Source: Antedon mediterranea
Taxonomy: Eukaryota; Animalia; Echinodermata
Direction of reading: 5' to 3'
NCBI RefSeq assembly: GCF_964355755.1
Contig: NC_092680.1
Span: 4,774,001-4,838,000, forward strand
Length of the DNA stretch: 64,000 nt
The notes below the pieces were generated by a model. It was not told the DNA's origin. It worked only from the letters and a program-made list of their open reading frames with translations, and made no database searches. Below, piece after piece: positions 63,456 through 64,000 of the stretch. Within the stretch, counting starts at the first letter, position 1; the number at the start of each line of letters is the position of its first letter. Made by a program: the position numbers and the translations under genes.

Positions 63456-64000
63456 TTGATTTTTAACATATCGACCTCGATCTAAAGTATACACCTTTCC
63501 ATTGCGTTTGTAGCGCCGAACAATGCTCCATTTGTGTCCATAGTAAACGTATAAAACGTGGCCACGATACCTGTAACTAACACAACATCGACGTACAACC
63601 ATACGCCCGCGTCGGATCACCAAATAACAGCGGTTTCCCCTCCATTGTATTTGATATCGTCGGCTACGTTCCTTACGCATACGTGACCGCATTTGTCGTC
63701 TTCTAGAATGGTAACGTTCTTTTTGGCAACGATAACGTGGACGGGTAGTAGGTCTAGGTCGATTTTTAACATATCGACCTCGATATAAAGTATACACTTT
63801 TCCATTGCGGCTGTAGCGTTGAACAATGCTCCATTTGTGTCCATAGTAAACGTATAACACGTGGCCACGATACCTGTAACTAACACAACATCGACGTACA
63901 ACCATACGGCCGTGTCGGATCACCAAATAACAGCGGTTTCCCCTCCATTTTATTTGATATCGTTGGCTGCGCTGACATCGCATACGTCGCCGCATTCGTC
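63318..64000 (-). CDS. 3' part of an unrecognised Arg/Tyr/Cys-rich protein with ~101-aa tandem repeats and a Ser/Thr tail (open at window edge)
   Basis: Stop-free frame from the window end to TAG at 63318-63320; two near-identical units 303 nt apart; minus-strand AATAAA near 63074-63079. Confidence 0.6.
   Translation of the reverse strand, partial: RMRRRMRCQRSQRYQIKWRGNRCYLVIRHGRMVVRRCCVSYRYRGHVLYVYYGHKWSIVQRYSRNGKVYTLYRGRYVKNRPRPTTRPRYRCQKERYHSRRRQMRSRMRKERSRRYQIQWRGNRCYLVIRRGRMVVRRCCVSYRYRGHVLYVYYGHKWSIVRRYKRNGKVYTLDRGRYVKNQDRPTKRSSSSSSSSSSSSSTTTTYSDNDSNPVVTTTTTTKREYVA

Noticed and set aside
63205-63459. Plus-strand poly-Asp/poly-Val ORF
   Set aside because: Antisense read of the Ser/Thr tail and its duplication.

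Overview
AT-rich, intron-containing animal genomic DNA, most consistent with a marine invertebrate, possibly a deuterostome such as an echinoderm (inferred from gene content and Deu-domain SINEs, not provable here). Six protein-coding loci could be read by hand: a neurocalcin/hippocalcin-type calcium sensor (+, 3 coding exons); an SLC66A3/PQLC3-like PQ-loop membrane protein (+, 7 exons, one U12-type intron); a C8orf76-like TPR protein (-, 6 exons); a ~2,893-aa protein with 12 extended Tudor domains of TDRD6/TDRD15 type (+, 6.26-kb first coding exon); an intronless RD3-domain gene (-); and, at the window edge, the 3' end of an unrecognised Arg/Tyr/Cys-rich repeat protein (-). The first ~25 kb has no recognisable host coding exon. 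Mobile DNA includes a decayed DIRS1 3' end with its ICR/ITR structure, a truncated Rex1/Babar-type LINE, tRNA-derived Deu-SINEs, Kolobok-, Harbinger-, piggyBac-, Ginger- and Helentron-like non-autonomous elements, and a 2.3-kb long-TIR element. The most interesting leads are FFAT-, LIR- and AKAP-like motifs clustered in the Tudor protein's acidic tail, the orphan cationic repeat protein with an in-frame duplicated C-terminus behind its stop, the minor intron, and the neurocalcin/RD3/Tudor/SLC66A3/C8orf76 neighbourhood. All family assignments come from recalled motifs; no database searches were run.
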